From assembly GCA_000004985.1 (NCBI GenBank), contig GG738847.1: DNA of 64,000 nt; one strand, given 5' to 3'. Below the pieces are notes generated by a model. The model did no database searches, was not told where the DNA came from, and was given only the letters and a program-made list of their open reading frames with translations. The stretch comes from Naegleria gruberi. Taxonomy: Eukaryota. Shown in pieces: positions 61,517 to 64,000 of this stretch (positions are counted from its first letter, which is position 1; each line of letters starts with the position of its first letter). A program made the translations under genes and the position numbers.

Positions 61517-64000
61517 ATGTCCACTCGCAAAAGTTGTAAAAGAGAATCATCATCTCTGATAATGATGATGATGGTGCTGATGGTGGTAGTGTTCATGTCA
61601 TGCTCGGTGTTGTTGGTTGAGGGACAAACGTGTGCAGCCAATAAGAAGTATCCGAATAGTTATACTCATTGTGTGGGATTGACTTGTGGAGGAACAACAC
61701 CAATGATCTTTGTTAATAATCCAACATCACCAACCAGATCGGTTAGGAGAGAATTATCTCATCATCATCTTTAACTAGTAGTAGTAGTAGCACTTCAGAA
61801 GAAATTGTATTGAGAGGAGATTTGCCTCTCACTGTTGGTTGTACATGTGATCCACTGGTTGATATTGGTGCTCGTTTTACTCAGTGTGATAATTCAACAA
61901 ATACTAAATCAGCCTTCTACTTTTACAAACCACCTGCTGTATGTACAGGATATGAATTACCAACTCCAATCAGTGGTCTTCCATGTGATTTGGTTTGTGA
62001 GGAAGGCACTCGTTTGGATGTTAACTCAAAGAAGTGTTTACATTGTGAGCCTGGTAGTTATGCCCACAGTGGTGAATTGTCCATGATTAGTTGGACTTCT
62101 ACTGGTCTCGATCTTGATACCAATACTGGTATGTTTTTAATAATTTAATATTTAATCTAATTCTCTCTCTATTAATTCATTCATTCTGATCCTCGATCCT
62201 CTATCAAATCCTACGATTGTTATTATCTGATCTTACATTATTATTAATTAATATTTACAGAATCACCTGTTTTCCCACCACAAATGCGTTCCTATTGCAG
62301 TAATTATGCTTGGAGTTCAGCATGTTCACCTTGGCAACCAAGAGGTGATTATGTTGACAGTGGTAATAATAGAGGAAAAAACTTTGCAAAGAATTACCTT
62401 GAATTTTATGTTGAAATTTCACAACTTGCTGTTGATAGTGGAAATGCTAGTGTTTCTTTTGAATATCAAGTTGATGCTGAACAATTTTATGACTTTTTCT
62501 TTTTCGGAATTGATAGTACTCAAGATTTCCTCATGAGAGCAGATCAACAACTTACTTGGAAGAAGCAAACATTTAAATTCAATAAGGCTGGTTTCCACAC
62601 CTTGATTTGGGCCTATATTAAGGACAGTTCAAAGGATGAAGGTGAAGATAGAGCCAAGGTTAGAAATATTGTTATCAATGGTTCTGTTGATAAGGAAGTT
62701 GTTCTCAGATGTGAACTTTGTCCTAAGGGATCTGCTTCTGATGGTACTGTTCCATGTCAAAAGTGTCAACCAGGTACCTATGCTGATGAAGAAGGTTTGG
62801 ATCAATGTAAGCCATGTGCTCCTGGAAAGACTTCTTTCTCTGGATCTACAGATTGTTTCTTGGCTGATATTCCTTGTACTTCAGCTGATTATTCATACAG
62901 ATATGGATCCACTTGTGAAAATGATTTGAGAACTATGGAATATTTCTGGGTTTCACCAATCATTTGTAATGCATCCAATCCAGATAGCGCTCCATTACCA
63001 GCATTATCTAATACTAAATGCTCTGAAACACTCAAATGTCCACTCGGTATGAAAAAGTCCATTCAAGGAAATATTCAATCCTGTGTTTATTGTGAACCTG
63101 GTTCATTCAATGATCATGATAATCGTAATAATAATGAAACTGAAACTGATACTCAACTCAGATCAATTCAACATGCTGAAACTGAATGTGAAGCTTGTCA
63201 AACCAATGAAGCTTCCAAATATAAGGTTGTTCATATTTATGATGTTGTAGCTGGAATTTCATCACCATATGTTTCCAGTTGTACTGGTGAATGTATGTCT
63301 GCTATTGGTTGGAGAGATCTTGGTGCTGTTGGTTTGGATTCGGGTACTAGTAATGGTAAATCAGTTGCCAAAGTCTTGTTCCAAAACATGCCAACTGTAA
63401 GTATGGAAGAAGATGTTACTCCATATTTCAGTACCAGATTGTTCCTTTCATGCCCAGCTAACAGTGGAAATAGAGTTGACTTTTTAATTGATGGTGTTGT
63501 AAGAAAGTCAGTCTTTTGTGGAGGATGCATTCCATTCGAACAAGATGAAAATGAAATTGAGGAAGATTGGATGACTGTCGATGTTCCATTAACCCTTACT
63601 GAACGTAAGAAGCTTCCATTGACCTTTGAAGTTTACTTTGTTTCTGTTAATCCTGTTTCTACTGTTAATGATACTTACAATTGTGATCGTGCTGTTATTT
63701 CAAAGGTTTCACTCTATGGTGTTGCCAATCAAGGAGGTGCTGTAGTTTGTAAGACATGTGCAGGTGGTAAATATCCATTGTTGGATGAATGTAAGGATTG
63801 TGCTGCTGGTTCTTATTCACCTCCTGGTAGTGCCAGTTGTGGTATTTGTAATGCTAATCAATTCAGTTATAATGCTAGTGATCGTTGTTATGATTGTGGT
63901 GAAGGACAAACTAGTGCTAAGGGAAGTCAAGCTTGTTCATGGAAAGGCCAAGTTTGTGAAAATACTCATAATGTTGGTGGTGCTGACAAGACATTCAATA
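61517..64000 (+). CDS. Secreted or type I Cys-repeat protein, ELAPOR/EIG121 (KIAA1324)-like, 5'-complete and 3'-truncated by the window end. Exons: 61517..61741, 61798..62128, 62261..>64000.
   Basis: Signal peptide reads MSTRKSCKRESSSLIMMMMVLMVVVFMSCSVLLVEG. There are repeated C-x2-C-x-PG-x-Y/F-(A/S) modules (CELCPKGSASDGTVPCQKCQPGTYADEEGLDQCKPCAPGKTSF; CVYCEPGSFND; CKTCAGGKYPLLDECKDCAAGSYSPPGSASCGICNANQFSY..). Blocks FEYQVDAEQFYDFFFFGID and WVSPIICN parallel ELAPOR. Introns of 56 and 132 nt have GTTAGG/GTATGT donors, with phases checked. The last exon is absent from the ORF track because it has no stop in the window. Confidence 0.5.

Noticed and set aside
63397-63431. 35-nt GTAAGT...TTTCAG pseudo-intron inside the last exon of the ELAPOR-like gene.
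   Set aside because: At 35 nt it is too short for this genome's introns (43 nt or longer here). Its length is not a multiple of 3. Read-through keeps a plausible open frame (..PTVSMEEDVTPYFSTRLF..).
1-64000. Prokaryotic defence island, operon or CRISPR interpretation.
   Set aside because: Spliceosomal introns (GTAAGT/GTATGT...AG), poly-N/Q/T protein tracts, eukaryote-specific genes (EMC1, WDR82, Beclin, cathepsin C) and AATAAA signals show this is eukaryotic nuclear DNA. There are no direct-repeat/spacer arrays.

Overview
This window is eukaryotic nuclear DNA, not a prokaryotic locus. It is AT-rich (about 65%). Genes are densely packed on both strands with short intergenic spacers. Introns are short (43-133 nt) with GTAAGT/GTATGT donors and AG acceptors. 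Proteins carry homopolymeric N/T/S/Q/E tracts. These traits together suggest a dictyostelid social amoeba (Amoebozoa), but I cannot name the species. The provided ORF track treats GTG/TTG as 'M', so several listed starts are not true ATGs. It omits ORFs that run off the window edges, missing the two edge genes (1..5450 minus, 61517..64000 plus). I support about 24 protein-coding genes, several multi-exon. The best-recognised are an EMC1 homolog (4 exons), a full-size ABC transporter, cathepsin C, WDR82/Swd2, an R2R3-MYB factor, a four-RRM Nop4/RBM28-like protein, a TDP2-like EEP nuclease, a START-domain protein, a short-chain dehydrogenase, an Atg2-like chorein-N protein, a Beclin/Atg6-like protein, a TspO-like membrane protein and an ELAPOR/EIG121-like Cys-repeat protein. 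No rRNA, tRNA, CRISPR or intact transposon was seen by eye. The main non-genic feature is an ORF-free 4.1 kb interval (47.16-51.3 kb) with short dispersed repeats and a CACGTG-containing inverted repeat. There is no evidence of a novel defence-type 'system'; the most unusual items are listed as findings.
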